Of a stretch of 64,000 nt of DNA, positions 48,297 through 61,684 are shown piece after piece. The position numbers and the translations under genes were made by a program. How positions within the stretch are numbered: the stretch's first letter is position 1; each line of letters begins with the position of its first letter. Location of the stretch: the NCBI RefSeq assembly GCF_009914755.1, contig NC_060947.1; one strand, given 5' to 3'. The notes beneath the pieces were generated by a model. The model saw only the letters and a program-made list of their open reading frames with translations. It searched no databases and was not told the origin of the DNA. The stretch is from the human T2T-CHM13v2.0 reference genome, Homo sapiens.

Positions 48297-49313
48297 TTAC
48301 ATTTTGGCATGATTTTGCAGCGGCTGGTACCGGTTGTTCCTTTCCATGTTTAGTGCTTCCTTCAGGAGCTCTTTTAGGGCAGGCCTGGTGGTGACAAAAT
48401 CTCTCAGCATTTGCTTGTCTGTAAAGTATTTTATTTCTCCTTCACTTATGAAGCTTAGTTTGGCTGGATATGAAATTCTGGGTTGAAAATTCTTTTCTTT
48501 AAGAATGTTGAATATTGGCCCCCACTCTCTTCTGGCTTGTAGGGTTTCTGCCGAGAGATCCGCTGTTAGTCTGATGGGCCTCCCTTTGAGGGTAACCCGA
48601 CCTTTCTCTCTGGCTGCCCTTAACATTTTTTCCTTCATTTCAACTTTGTTGAATCTGACAACTATGTGTCTTGGAGTTGCTCTTCTCGAGGAGTATCTTT
48701 GTGGTGTTCTCTGTATTTCCTGAATCTGAACGTTGGCCTGCCTTGCTAGGTTGGGGAAGTTCTCCTGGATAATATCCTGCAGAGTGTTTTCCAACTTGGT
48801 TCCATTCTCCCTGTCACTTTCAGGTACACCAATCAGATGTAGATTTGGTCTTTTCACATAGTCCCATATTTCTTGGAGGCTTTGCTCCTTTCTTTTTATT
48901 CTTTTTTCTCTAAACTTCCCTTCTCGCTTCATTTCATTCATTTCATCTTCCATCGCTGATACCCTTTCTTCCAGTTGATCGCATCGGCTCCTGAGGCTTC
49001 TGCATTCTTCATGTAGTTCTCGAGCCTTGGTTTTCAGCTCCATCAGCTCCTTTAAGCACTTCTCTGTATTGGTTATTCTAGTTATACATTCTTCTAAATT
49101 TTTTTCAAAGTTTTCAACTTCTTTGCCTTTGGTTTGAATGTCCTCCCGTAGCTCGGAGTAATTTGATCGTCTGAAGCCTTCTTCTCTCAGCTCGTCAAAG
49201 TCATTCTCCGTCCAGCTTTGTTCCACTGCTGGTGAGGAACTGCGTTCCTTTGGAGGAGGAGAAGCGTTCTGCTTTTTAGAGTTTCCAGTTTTTCTGTTCT
49301 GTTTTTTCCCCAT
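48297..49313 (-). CDS. L1 ORF1p RNA-binding chaperone, intact 338 aa
   Basis: MGKKQNRKTGNSK ... NHAKM with coiled coil, REKG, ARR and YPAKLS motifs. Confidence 0.95.
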   Translation of the reverse strand: MGKKQNRKTGNSKKQNASPPPKERSSSPAVEQSWTENDFDELREEGFRRSNYSELREDIQTKGKEVENFEKNLEECITRITNTEKCLKELMELKTKARELHEECRSLRSRCDQLEERVSAMEDEMNEMKREGKFREKRIKRKEQSLQEIWDYVKRPNLHLIGVPESDRENGTKLENTLQDIIQENFPNLARQANVQIQEIQRTPQRYSSRRATPRHIVVRFNKVEMKEKMLRAAREKGRVTLKGRPIRLTADLSAETLQARREWGPIFNILKEKNFQPRISYPAKLSFISEGEIKYFTDKQMLRDFVTTRPALKELLKEALNMERNNRYQPLQNHAKM

Positions 49314-50219
49314 CTTTGTGGTTTTATCTACTTTTGGTCTTTGATGATGGTGATGTACAGATGGTTTTTTGGTGTGGATGTCCTTTCTGTTTGTTAGTTT
49401 TCCTTCTAACAGACAGGACCCTCAGCTGCAGGTCTGTTGGAGTACCCTGCCGTGTGAGGTGTCAGTCTGCCCCTGCTGGGGGGTGCCTCCCAGTTAGGCT
49501 GCTCAGGGATCAGGGGTCAGGGACCCACTTGAGGAGGCAGTCTGCCTGTTCTCAGATCTCCAGCTGCATACTGCGAGAACCACTGCTCTCTTCAAAGCTG
49601 TCAGACAGGGACATTTAAGTCTGCAGAGGTTACTGCTGTCTTTTTGTTTGTCTGTGCCCTGCCCCCAGAGGTGGAGCCTACAGAGGCAGGCAGGCCTCCT
49701 TTAGCTGTGGTGGGCTCCACCCAGTTCGAGCTTCCCAGCTGCTTTGTTTACCTAAGCAAGCCTGGGCAATGGCGGGCGCCCCTCCCCCAGCCTCGCTGCT
49801 GCCTTGCAGTTTGATGTCAGACTGCTGTGCTAGCAATCAGCGAGTCTCCATGGGCGTAGGACCCTCCGAGCCAGGTGCGGGATATAATCTCGTGGTGCGC
49901 TGTTTTTTAAGCCCGTCGGAAAAGCGCAGTATTCAGGTGGGAGTGACCCGATTTTCCAGGTGCCGTCCGTCACCCCTTTCTTTGACTAGGAAAGGGAACT
50001 CCCTGACCCCTTGCGCTTCCCGAGTGAGGCAATGCCTCACCCTGCTTCGGCTCGCGCACGGTGCACGCACCCACTGACCTGCGCCCACTGTCTGGCACTC
50101 CCTAGTGAGATGAATCCGGTACCTCAGATGGAAATGCAGAAATCACCCGTCTTCTGCGTCGCTCACGCTGGGAGCTGTAGACTGGAGCTGTTCCTATTCG
50201 GCCATCTTGGCTCCTCCCC
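49314..50219 (-). promoter_or_regulatory. L1 5' UTR with sense and antisense promoters
   Basis: CpG-rich. YY1 site CAAGATGGCCG intact at 50199-50209 on minus. Confidence 0.85.
49769..50077 (+). CDS. L1 ORF0 (antisense ORF), 102-aa extended form
   Basis: MAGAPPPASLLPCSLMSDCCASNQR ... VGVTRFSRC matches primate L1 ORF0, and lies in the 5' UTR antisense to ORF1. Confidence 0.8.
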   Translation: MAGAPPPASLLPCSLMSDCCASNQRVSMGVGPSEPGAGYNLVVRCFLSPSEKRSIQVGVTRFSRCRPSPLSLTRKGNSLTPCASRVRQCLTLLRLAHGARTH

Positions 50220-50757
50220 GACTCCAAAATGTTAACTGAGGTATTGAGGGGTGAGGAATGAAGGGAGAGAGAAGGAGGGTGATAATTTTTCTTCTTTCTC
50301 TTCTGTATTCTCTATACTTTCTACAATGCATATGTACCTCATTTGTTTCAAGAAAGTAAGCACTAAGATTTATAGAAATATTATGGTAAAAGGAATTATT
50401 GGTAGAAAAAAATGACATGAAACTATGGATGACTTTAGTATACAAATGCATGCTATAGCATCCAGCACGCTAAGAGAGTTGGGTCCATAATCACAACTTG
50501 AGCCACCACTAAAGCAATCTGGGCCACTTTTTATCAACTCCTTTGACTTTGCTTGATGGCTTATACCAAAACTCTGTTCAGTTTTTGTATATCTAAGACT
50601 AGGAAGAGCCAAAATAAAATGGATGCAGAGCACAAGTCTGATCTGGTTTCTCCAAGAACAAAATTTAGGGTACATGCAGTAAAATAAACAGCAGAGCATG
50701 CTGGCAATGATCTATAAATACTATTTTTTAAAATTTCACTTTTGCTAAGTGAATGGT

Positions 50758-51142
50758 TGTGTTAGTCCATTTGTACTGCTATAACAAAATAACTGAGACT
50801 GGGTAATTTACAAAGAACTGATATTTATTTCCTCACAGTTCTGGAGGCTGGGAAGTCCAAGATGAAGGCACTGACTGGTTCACTTGTCTGGTGAGGGCTG
50901 CTCTCTGCTTCCAAAATGGCGCCTTGTCACTGTATCCTCTGGAAGGGAGAAATGCTGTGTCCTCTCATGATCCTCACATAGAAGGGCAAGCCAACCAAAC
51001 ATTGCCTCTTTTATAAGGGCTTTAATTCCATTCATGAGGAAGGAGCCCTCAGTGCATAATCACCTCTTTAGAGACCCCACCTCTTAATACCATCACATTG
51101 GCAACGCCTGGATTTTGGAGGGAACACATTCAAACCATAGCA
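50758..51142 (-). mobile_element. MST-type (MSTC/D-like) solo LTR
   Basis: tgtgttagtccatttg ... cacagttctggaggctgggaagtccaagat ... acattcaaaccatagca. Confidence 0.85.
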
Positions 51143-54100
51143 GTGTAGCTATCCTCTTTGGCAAGCAGTCAGCATGCAGAGATTCCATGTTATCAATGTA
51201 GTTGGATTCAGATGCTTTGAAATAAGCAGAGACAGGGGTAACTTCAACTTTCTGTTGTGAAACTTGAATATTTGCTTGAAAAGAAACCTATTTGGATTCT
51301 GCACGGTGGTAGGCACACCCACCCAGTGGTCACCTATAGGCCGGGGTAACGCTTTTCTTAAAATCTCTTCTGGGTTGGCTTCCAATACATGGTCCATCAG
51401 GGAGAATATTGATGTTGTATCTTTTATTAAAGTCCAACTTTTCTCCTTTCCCTCCCTTGTCACCTCCTCAGCCTCATCATCCCTTCATTTCCTTTTTTCT
51501 CTCCCCACTTCTTTTCTGCCCTCTATCATTTTTCATCTTCCACAAGCCTTGATGCTTGCTCTCCTAGTCAGCATGTGGCGCCCTGAGCCTTTAAACATAG
51601 AAGGGAGATTTTAATTACATGAGAAGACAAAAGGATATCGTGCAAAGATTAACTGCCTGGGCAGTGCAGATTAAGTAAGGAAACAAGCACATTAATTACA
51701 AAGATGAGACTGTTTTCTTTCATTTTGTTTTAACAGCCTGATAAGGGCTCACTGGGAAGTGACCAGCATCTGATGCGACAGAAAACCACTGCTTTCTGCC
51801 CAGGGGAAATGATTTTTGAGATTCTCTGTTCCTTTTCTTTTGAAGCTTTACCTTACCCTGGTGAGTTTGTAGGAGAGGCCCGAGACTGACAATATTCTTG
51901 AGGTTGCCTGATGCTTCTTTTCTGGCATTTTCCACTGATGAGACACACTCACTCTTCAAGGAGCTTTTATACAACTCTAACTTGGAAAAGTCAGAAAAAG
52001 CTACCCCTTTTCCTTGATCCAGCTAGTAATACCCTTGAAGGAAGCAGCTGAATGTTCTATGCTCATTAATTGCCACCAATTGAGCTATACCCTGAGGAGA
52101 CTAAAACCTTTCTATGTATCTTTTAGAGTTCTATAAGGATAAAGGGAATACCTCCTATGCTAAACTACATATTTTTTACATTTGTTACTCAGTCAAGCAG
52201 ATGTTAAAATAAAGTGAAAGTAGCTCCACGCTGTGACTCTTAGTTATCATGCACTGGGATTTATAAATGAAAACAAAGATTCGTATTTAATTGCTTCAAA
52301 AAGATCAAATATGCCCATGTGGTTTGGTGACAGATATTTACTGCTGAGGTCATAGACATCAAGTCATAAGCATGAATTTTCCCTTCCATAAGTGAGCTGA
52401 TGAAGAATCCTTCAGAACTGTTTCTATCTCGCCATACGGCTTTGGCTGTCTCTGTTTAGCCAAAGGAGTACATTTAAGAAAAAGTATCAACAAGGAACTA
52501 CCAGGCCACATCTTTTGCATGCAGAGTTGTCTAGTTCATCAGTAGGTTTTCTGTTGCTTTTTCTGATGATCCTGAGAGAAACAGATCATAAATATATTTG
52601 AAGAAGAGCTTTATAAAAAGACAAGAGGTGGCTCATTCTAGGTAAGAAGAATTGTTAGTGGCCAGTGCACGTGCTTATGCCATCTAAAAACCAGAAGTTA
52701 ACTACTTGATTAAAAAAAAAGGTTTATTGGAGTATAATTTGCATACCATAAAATTCACCCATCTGAATGGGCGAATCCTGCTTTAAAGGGTAAGATAAAA
52801 CATTGAAAACCTTAAAAATTGTTCAGTTTGATGAAATGTGCCTTACCTAGATAAAATCTGTTTCATTTTAGTCATCAATTATAAGATTTGCTGGACCTAT
52901 TTTCACATGATATACCTCTCCATGCTTCAGTTTTATTCTTCTGTAAAAGTGGGAGAGTATCTACCTAATAGGGCTAGTGTAAATGTAAAGTTGAGAGGAT
53001 GTGTCTAAAGCATAGAGCTGGGTACATGATATAAATTCAGTAAATTACTCCCCCCACCCCCTAGATGTCAGTGTTCTGTTTGTTGCTTAGCCAGAAAAAA
53101 GTTAACTCATTTTGTAAAACTGATTTTCAAAGAAAGTGGTCGTGGAGATTTCAGGGAAAACCGTACACTTCTGAAACACTTTGGACAATTAGTATAGTCT
53201 TTTCCCTATACCTTTGTTGAGGAAGGAAGGGTGGGGGCAGTGAGCTGCAGTGTGTGTCTAGAAACCATTACCACTGCATAAGGACTGGGGTCATTCTTCT
53301 GCCCCATCTGGGAGGCCCCATACATGGGCCCAGAGGAGCTTGGCTCTGCCTTTGTAGAGTGATCTTGGGGCCTGTGACCAAATGGTCAGATAACCTCATG
53401 AGAGATCTAGAGTTCATCAAGCTGAGTTTTCAATTTCTGCAAAGGAGTATGGTCCTAGGAGATGAGAATTACATGAACAGAATCAAGTTCGAAGGTTTTC
53501 TGAGTTAGAGGGAAAGTGTATGCATTTATCTCATGAGCCAAAGATGTGCAAAATTAAATCAAGTGAGGTAAATTACCTCAGTGGGGGTGACAAAATCTAA
53601 TCTGGCTTGAAAATTTGACTTATATCAGAAGAATAGGATGTGCCAGTCCATTTGAAAGTTTTGAAGTTGCTGTTAGAATAAATATGGCCTGGTTAGTCCC
53701 ATCAGCATCACAGTAAAAAAATCAGTAATGTCCTGGCCAATCCCAAAAATTACATGGGAAGTGAATCTCCAAATTGTGTGGAGTGACATAAACTTCTTTA
53801 GTGGATTAGTAGCCTCTAACTCCAGGAGAATTTAGGATTGAGGATAGAAGTGTTTCAGATAATCGGAATAGTAATATTATCATATTTTTGTCTTAAAGCA
53901 TTATTACATATTTAGAATTTAAAGTATTTTTAATGTTTAAAAAAATTTAATCTCTCTAGAGTGTTGGGTCAGCCTTTTAATTCCAATTTTAAACTATGTC
54001 ATTGAGTAATTAATTTAGATTTGTGATATTAAATTGAAATCTTAATAAGTTTATAAGCTGATTTAGAATATTTAATGTGCTTAAGTATTCTGTTTATAAG

Positions 54101-54999
54101 CTTAATTTATTAGATTTGTAAGCATGACTTAAGTACTTGAAAGGTTTGCAAAACCAGACAATTGTAGTTTTCAAAAAGAGGAAGAAATTTAATCTATAAA
54201 TTTATAAATTTAGTTTAAAATGCTTAAAAGCATTCATTTAAGTTTTACATGGAACCAACACTCTTCAAGGGCTTTTAAAAGGTTATTCCTAAGTTTTAGT
54301 ACCTTATACATAGAACACAATTTTAAGCCTTTAAAAACTTAAATAATTAGATTTTTGAATTTGTAACTTTAATAAATCGAATGTTGATTTTCAAAACAGA
54401 CACACACACACACACAGAATATTCTTCTCTATACACAGAAACCACTATTAAGGACATGCATACAAACATACATATACAATGTCTACATAAATAGGTGACT
54501 GGGCAAAGATAGGGTTGAGAGAAGGAGTGATTTTTCTTTTATTCCGTGCTGTGGGACAGTGAGGAGGTGGAGAGAAAGTCTTCCCCGTGCCCCACCCCAC
54601 CCCAGCCCTGGAATAAATTAAAGATACCTGCAAATTTTTTGAAACTAGTTTCAGGAGGTGGGGTTTGTGTCTCTTCCCTTGGGTCTGGGCAGGTTCTGTG
54701 ACTGTCTGACCAACATTTAGTAAGGCTGATTGTGCAGCTACTCAGGGCCCAGAAATGCCACTGCTGGATGTACATCCCAGGGGAACTCACTTATGTGTGT
54801 ACAAGGAGACACGCTGGAGAATGCTCAGTTACAGAACCAACCGACAGTGCCATCCACAGCAGAATGGAGAAATAATTCCTGGTATATGTATGCACTGGAA
54901 TGCTCTGCATAGTGGAAAAGGAATGACCTGGAGTTACATATATCAACATGGACACCCCTCACAGACACAAAATTGAGAAAATAGTAAAATGTAGAATAA

Positions 55000-55215
55000 T
55001 GTGTGTCAACCTTTTTTTCATTATCACCTCCCAAAGAGCCTTTCTAGACTTTTTCCTAATCCTCCCCATGAAATTTTAATAGCTAAGATATATTGCATAC
55101 CTGTTTATGTACTCTATGTATATCTGTGCTTTATACATTGGAAGAGTAAGATCCCCCCAACAAGAACCAATTTTCACCCCCTTGGGGGCAATATTGTCTT
55201 GGCTGAGTTTGCATG
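55000..55215. mobile_element. Short hAT-type DNA transposon remnant within old L1 sequence
   Basis: cctttttttcattatcacctccc ... aagaaccaattttcacccccttgggggcaatat resembles a non-autonomous Charlie element. Subfamily not assigned. Confidence 0.5.
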
Positions 55216-58061
55216 ATGTAGAAAAATACACAAACTATGATACTATTTATGTAGCATTTAGAGACATGCAAAGCAATAACATTTTGCTTATAGATACATA
55301 TATGGTAAAGACATAAAGAAATGCATGGGAATGCTGACTACCAATTTCAGTAGAGTGGTGACTCTATGGGGGCAGAGGAGAGAGACAAATGAAATTGGAG
55401 AAGGGTGCACTGGGGACTTCAGGTGTGTTGATGGGTACATGGGTATTATTTATGCTTCAGGTAGAGATTCCAGAGGGTGGGGCTGCAGACCTCCTGTTTC
55501 ATACATACTGCTTCTTACTAGCTTTCCTCTGAAAATTTCCTCTGAGCTCACAAGAAAGAAAATTTCCTTTCAAGAAAAAAGAAATTGAGTGGACTTTAGT
55601 CACAACATAATGTGATAAATACAATCAATAGTCACCGGTGTATTTTTAGAAATTTGACTGGATATGGCATAATATTAACTAACATGAGGTAGTTTATCAC
55701 AAATGGAAACTGACCTTTCTCCCAAAATAAATCAGCAGATGTATGTGGACTGTTGCAATCACTGGTGCGTTTGGGGAGGGCCAGGAATCAGCTGGCATAT
55801 ATAATCTTATTAGAAACTTGTATAAGATAGCAATTTACCTCATAATAAAGCAAATCCCACAGGTTTGGAGCGTGTACTACAGAGCCTGTAATTTCTTAAT
55901 AAGGTGAATGGAGTAGCTTTCATAAAATATGCATTTGTATGTTTTATTTTTCCTTTACCACATGAGACTAAAAATACACATGCAACATTACCCTTGGAAT
56001 GAACACTTTACAGATTCATAGTTCAGGATTTTTGCATGTAGTGGTGATTTAAAATGAACTCATTTGAAATATACTGGTTGCCTCCATGACCCTCATGGCT
56101 ATATCATTATTTAATCTGAGGATGAGCTCCATGTAATTCATAAAAACATAAAAGTTTTGGCTTATTTTGCTATATTAGGTATTTTAGGCTATGACTCACC
56201 AAAATACTTTTTACATATTCTGTATAAGTATACTTATACATTTTATTGTATATAATAGAAATATATAAACACCCATTTCTGTGGCATTTATCTTCATAAT
56301 AAGACCAAGCAGAAACAGTTTTGGTTTGTGCATATCAAATATATCAGATTTTACATATTTTATTCTATTGTGCAATAAAGAAATGCATCATAACACGGCA
56401 ATATAATTTTATTTGTAAGTTACAGACTTCACTGTGTAACCACATATGAGGCTCCCTTTCCCATAACAATTTTTAGGAAAGAGACTGAGTTTGACTACAT
56501 GTAGCTGTCATAACTTATTTGCAGATGAATCTTTAATCATAGCTCTGTAATTCTGCAAAGGATAAGAAAGAGAGCTAGGGCAGTTTATAAGGGAAACGTG
56601 TAACAGGTTATGTCCCAAGACTAGGTGTGCCTTTCTTGATGCCAGAGATTGAGGTGAGGTTTGCAGTCACTCTTCTTTGCAAGTTTCTGGGTGATGGAGA
56701 ACACAAGCAAAGTACCACAAGGCAAATTGTGTCATCATTACTCATGGCAGGACAAAATTCTGTTAATGTACAATGTGGAGTTCTCTGGAATGGAGAATAC
56801 ATATTAGAAGCCCAATGTGGAGCCTCATGCTTCCATCTTGAACCCAGGCCCTTGTATTTCCCTATTGAAAGGGTAGGGTCTACAGGGCAGTCTTTATGTC
56901 CACGAACCCAGACTACTTCAGAGCATGCAGGCCTGCCCCATTCACAGAGTGGCTGGTTGAGAAGGAAGGAATGGAGGGTTGCTTCTTCGCAGAGAAGTCC
57001 TGTCTAGGAGGGCCCATCCCATGGGTGAGAGATATAAAGATGGAGATCTCTTTTCTGAAATGCCACCTGAGCTCATAAAGGACAAAGACAGAAAGTACTT
57101 GACTGGATTCTGGCCTTTGGGATAACATAATACCCTATTGATTAAGAAAAATATCACTCTATGAATGTCCTAGACTTTAATTGGGGTTTTCATGCCTTTT
57201 GTTAGAAGTAGTCTTTGGGGAGAGGGAGAGATTGAAGATATTCTCACTAACTCTTGGCCATTAGGCAAAAAGGCTGGAAGTCGCTTCTTGTACATTAGCA
57301 CAAAGCGAGGCGGTTTTGCCGGGGGTGGGGTGTGGGGGTGTGGGGGGGGGGTGGGTACTGATGCCGAGGAATGACATAAACCTTTTTCTTCCATCCCACC
57401 TTGGATTTGGTAGCCCCAATCAGAAGGGCATCCACTGATTTGGGGTCTCTGAAATATGTCATTCATTAAATATAGTGGCAAAGTTTAGAAGTTAACATTT
57501 ATCGAGTGTCTACTCAATTCCAGTAATTCTATATAAGTATCTAATTTCATCATTATAATTTAATGCTTACATGAATGAAGTGCAGTTATATCTCACACTG
57601 AGGTTTGGGTCTAAAGTTAGCTAGGAAGACTGGTAAAAATTCTCCTTGAAAATCACTTAGGAAAAGTGCCACACTAGGGGAGGTTTCCTTTCTCTTACTA
57701 AGCACAGCATAGCCATATTTCTCTTCAGCCCTGAACCTGAATTCTAATTTTTGCTTTTCCGTTGAACATGGGATAAAAGAATTGTCTGTTTAGGGGCTGT
57801 ATTGTATATAAAAATATGTATCTTTAAAAACTAGGTTTATATTTAGCCAGTGAGATGCTTACACTATAAGAAGCAGTAAAAATAAGGGCCAAATGAGGAT
57901 GCAGCCATACATTGATCTCTCTTATCTCATACTCACACCTGGACATGCACTTACTGAGTGAAAAGGGGGCAAAATGCTATTTCCTTCTTTCTCATTTTTT
58001 TTGGCCAAATTCATATAATTGAATTTGTTTAATTGTGCCTAAGATATGACTGTATTATAAC

Positions 58062-58463
58062 AGTATTATTTAGGGTAAGCTACGTCATGCTGCAGTAACA
58101 AATGAATCCTGAAGTCTCAGCGACTTAACCCAACAAAGGCATGTTTCCCATTCACAGAAAGTCTGATAAGAACTGGTGACTTCTCAAGGCAGCCATCCTC
58201 CATGTGGAGACCAAGTAACCAAGACTGTTTCGATCCTGTGCCACTGCCAGCTTGTCTTGTCGCCTCTATGATCAATTCTCCAGAGACAAAGAGAACCAAA
58301 AGGTCACACATTCGTTCTCAAATGCTTTGGCTCAGAAGTGACATACATTACATGCTTATGGTCCGTTGGACAGAAATAGGTACATAGTCTCTCCAACTTT
58401 AAAGGACTAAGAAAAATCAGAGAACACATGGATATTCAGAGGGCAGTAAACGTCTCGACCACA
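58062..58463 (-). mobile_element. Old MLT1 (J/K/L-like) LTR
   Basis: tgctgcagtaacaaatgaatcctgaagtctcagcgacttaac ... cagaagtgacatacattac. Boundaries approximate. Confidence 0.65.
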
Positions 58464-59689
58464 AATAGCTCATTTATTTAATAAGGACTAACTGTGCATA
58501 TCACTGTTCCAAGCACTTTATAGGCATTATTTCATTTAACCAATGAGATAAGTAGTATTTTTATCTTCATTTTAAGGTGTAAAAGTGAGGGTTGGAGTAG
58601 CTAATTAGTCCAAAATCACCCAGTGAAAAAATGGCAGAGCCAGAATGTGATCCTACTACCTTCATCTACTGCCAAAACCACTAATCCAGGTGTTTGTTAT
58701 TGAGTCACACTTTAGCCCTCTCACAAAACTTTATACCTGTTGGTGGGGTATAACATGTAATAAGAATAGTGATTCATCTTAAGCCATAGGATATGATTTG
58801 GTGTATGATTTAGGCAAGCTATCTGGTCCTGAGAGAGTTTTTTTCAGGTCTTTGTTTTGCATGTATATAAACATCTATTCTGTCTCTCTTTTAAAAAAGG
58901 CATTCTCATCTGTTATTTCCTATTTCCCTCCCGAAATGTCTTAATTGTTCCTCTCACTCTTAACTCACAACTTTTTACTTATCTAGGCATGAAAAATCTG
59001 TCCATGTTTTTTAGAAAGCTGATGGATATCCTCAGGTGGAGGCCATATTCACTCAGAAAAGGACACAGGAAATGTAAGCCCGGGGGAAGGAGAGATAGGG
59101 AGTGAGTAACAATGGTGGTTGTATCACATTTTTCGATGGAAACCAGGACTTATCCTACATATGGAAATAGCTAAATTATGAATTAGATTGTAGGGCGCCC
59201 TATAGGAAGGGAAAGTTTGCTGAGTAGAAGGGTTTGATATTGAAAGCCCAATGAAGATCATGCCCAGAGCAGCCCCTTTTTCCTAAATTGGATATTCCAG
59301 GAGTAGGTTTAATGACAAAGGGGAGTGTGGTCTGATGCTGTAAGGGAGTGGGAACATTTATTTCATTTATTTCAAATGGTAAGATGTTGTTCAAGACTTT
59401 GGGGTCCCAGAGAATGTAGATTCAGGGCCCTGGTGGGAAGAAAGTGGTCAGATATTGGAAGCAACAGCCAGAAGGATACTCTGCTGCATCATATTTGGAT
59501 TGTGGAATAGAACTCAGAGAATTCTCTATGAACACGCCCCCTCCCCGCTCCATGCTAGGAAATAATAGATTTCTTTGGGGTGTGAGCTGTCTTTCTCTAC
59601 TAAGAGTTTCTTGGTAGCCTAATCACCTGGGACCTAGCTGGGGTACATAGGGCCATAAGCTCAGGGTAAGGCACATATAATACTCTGGG

Positions 59690-60089
59690 CAGTGTAGCTG
59701 TTACATTAAATGTTACATTAAATAACCCCCCAAATCTTAGTGGCTTAACATAATAAAATGTTGATGGGAATGCACTCAATAAATGAGGGAACCGAGCTTC
59801 TACCTTTTAGTGGCTCCACTGTTCCCTAGGGTCTCAGAGTCCTCTGCCATATCCTCTGCATCCAGCTGGAATGTGAAGGAAAAAAGAGAAAGAGTGTGGA
59901 GGATTCCTGTAGGATATTTCTATGGGCCAGGGCTAAAAGTGGTACACCTCCATTCGACACAATCTATGGACCAGAACTAGAGCATTTGGCCACACCTGAC
60001 TGCAAGAGAAAGCAGGGAAATGTCGTCTAGCTCTGTGTCCAAGAAGAAGAGGGGATGGGTTTGGTGAACACCTTGCCAATCTCTGCCAC
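59690..60089 (-). mobile_element. Old MLT1J-like LTR
   Basis: caaatcttagtggcttaaca ... ggccacacctgactgcaag ... gggtttggtgaacaccttgccaatctctgccaca. Confidence 0.7.
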
Positions 60090-60586
60090 AACGAAATATG
60101 AGTAGAAAGCTAACATCTTCATAGAGGGCTGAGTTTATGCCCTTGGTGAGGAGCTAGGAATCAAGACTATTCAGCAGGGGCTGGGATAGCCATAATACTG
60201 AAGGCCAACCTCAAGTAGGGCATGGCTTAAGGCAGGGCACAGGAAACCCTTGAAATGCATGGACCACAATTCCCTTGTGTTTCACCAGCAGCTTTCTGAA
60301 AAGAAATGGCAAAAGAGGGGCTCCTAGAGTATGAAGAGGTAGACAGGTGAATTGTTCTGGAGCTTCTTGGATGTTCCTGATGACATCAGCAGTGACTGCA
60401 GAAAAGATTAAGGGAGAATCTTCAGCAGTACAAGAGTTTCTGGACCCTGGAAGATTCCTTGACAATGTACTACAAATAGGAACCTCAAGACATTGAAATA
60501 ATTTGTATGCCTGGGATAATAATAATGGCTAACATTTATTTAGTGCTTACTGTGCATCAGAAACTGTGCTAAATGCTTTACCTGGT

Positions 60587-61130
60587 TGTATTAGGGTTTT
60601 CTAGAGGGACAGAACTAATAGGATAGATGTATATATGAAAGGGAGTTTATTAAGGGGAGTTGGCTTACATAATCACAAGGTGAAGTACCATGGTAGGCTG
60701 TCTGCAAGTTGAGGAGCACGGAAGCCGTAGTGGATCAGTCCAAGTCCCAAAATCTTAAAAGTAGGGAAGCTGACAGTGCAGCTTTCAGTCTGTGGCTGAA
60801 GGCCCGAGAGCCCCTGGCAAATCACTGGTGTAAGTCCAGTGATGTTTGAGGGAGGGAAGCATCCAGCATGGGACAAAGATGAAGGCCAGAAGACTCACCA
60901 AGTCAGCTTCTTCCACCTTCTTCTGACTTTTTCTAGCCATGTTGGCAGCCAGTTGGATGGTGTCCACCCACATTGTGGGTGGGGCTTCCTGAGAGTGGGT
61001 CTTCCTTTCCCAGTCCACTGACACAAATGTTAATCTCTCTGGCAACACCCAGAAACACTTAGATACACCCAGAAACAATACTTTGCATCCTTCAATCCAA
61101 TCAAGTTGACACTTAATAGAAAACATCACA
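60587..61130 (-). mobile_element. MLT2A-type (ERVL) solo LTR
   Basis: tgtattagggttttctagagggacagaactaatagga ... caatccaatcaagttgacacttaa ... catcaca. TSD CTG(G/C)T. Confidence 0.9.
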
Positions 61131-61158
61131 CTGCTCCACATTGTCTAATCTTCACAAC

Positions 61159-61684
61159 TGTTGGGAGACAATTCTCCACAGTTCTTTTGCATTTCTGCAT
61201 GTCTTACAGGCAGAGGCACTGGCTTTCTTTGTTTCAGACTATCTTTCCAAGAAGATTTCTGTCGAAAATAGCTTATAGCTTTAAAAGATAGATATAGTAG
61301 TTCCTTCTGAAGAAGAGGGTATATTTGTTTGCTGGCCAGGATAATAAAGAGAATGTTTCCATTTCGAAAAAATGTTGGACAGATTTACTTGCAGGACCTT
61401 TAAAGAATTGTGGTTTTCTCAATTTGGAGTTCCTCATCTGTGGCAAAAACTCACTGTACAGGTAACATCTACTTTGACCCACTTCTGCATTGCACCCTGA
61501 GGAATTAACGGGACAAGTTTCATGCGAAAATGAAGCTCATGCTATATTCTGTATCTTGAGTAATGAAGTCTTCACGTGATTCAGGAGTCACATGTCTTCT
61601 GTCTGCCTCTATGAAACAGTGGCAAGTTAGCCGTTTAACTTGAAAGTAGGATCAAATGTCAGACCATTCACAGTTCTTGCAACA
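61159..61684 (+). mobile_element. ERVL-type solo LTR (MER76-like)
   Basis: TGTTG ... CAACA termini, starting tgttgggagacaattctcca. TSD ACAAC at 61154-61158 and 61685-61689. Confidence 0.75.

Noticed and set aside
56200-56420. Terminal exon or polyadenylation site (AATAAA at 56373)
   Set aside because: AATAAA is frequent in AT-rich DNA, and no upstream exon or stop codon can be linked to it.
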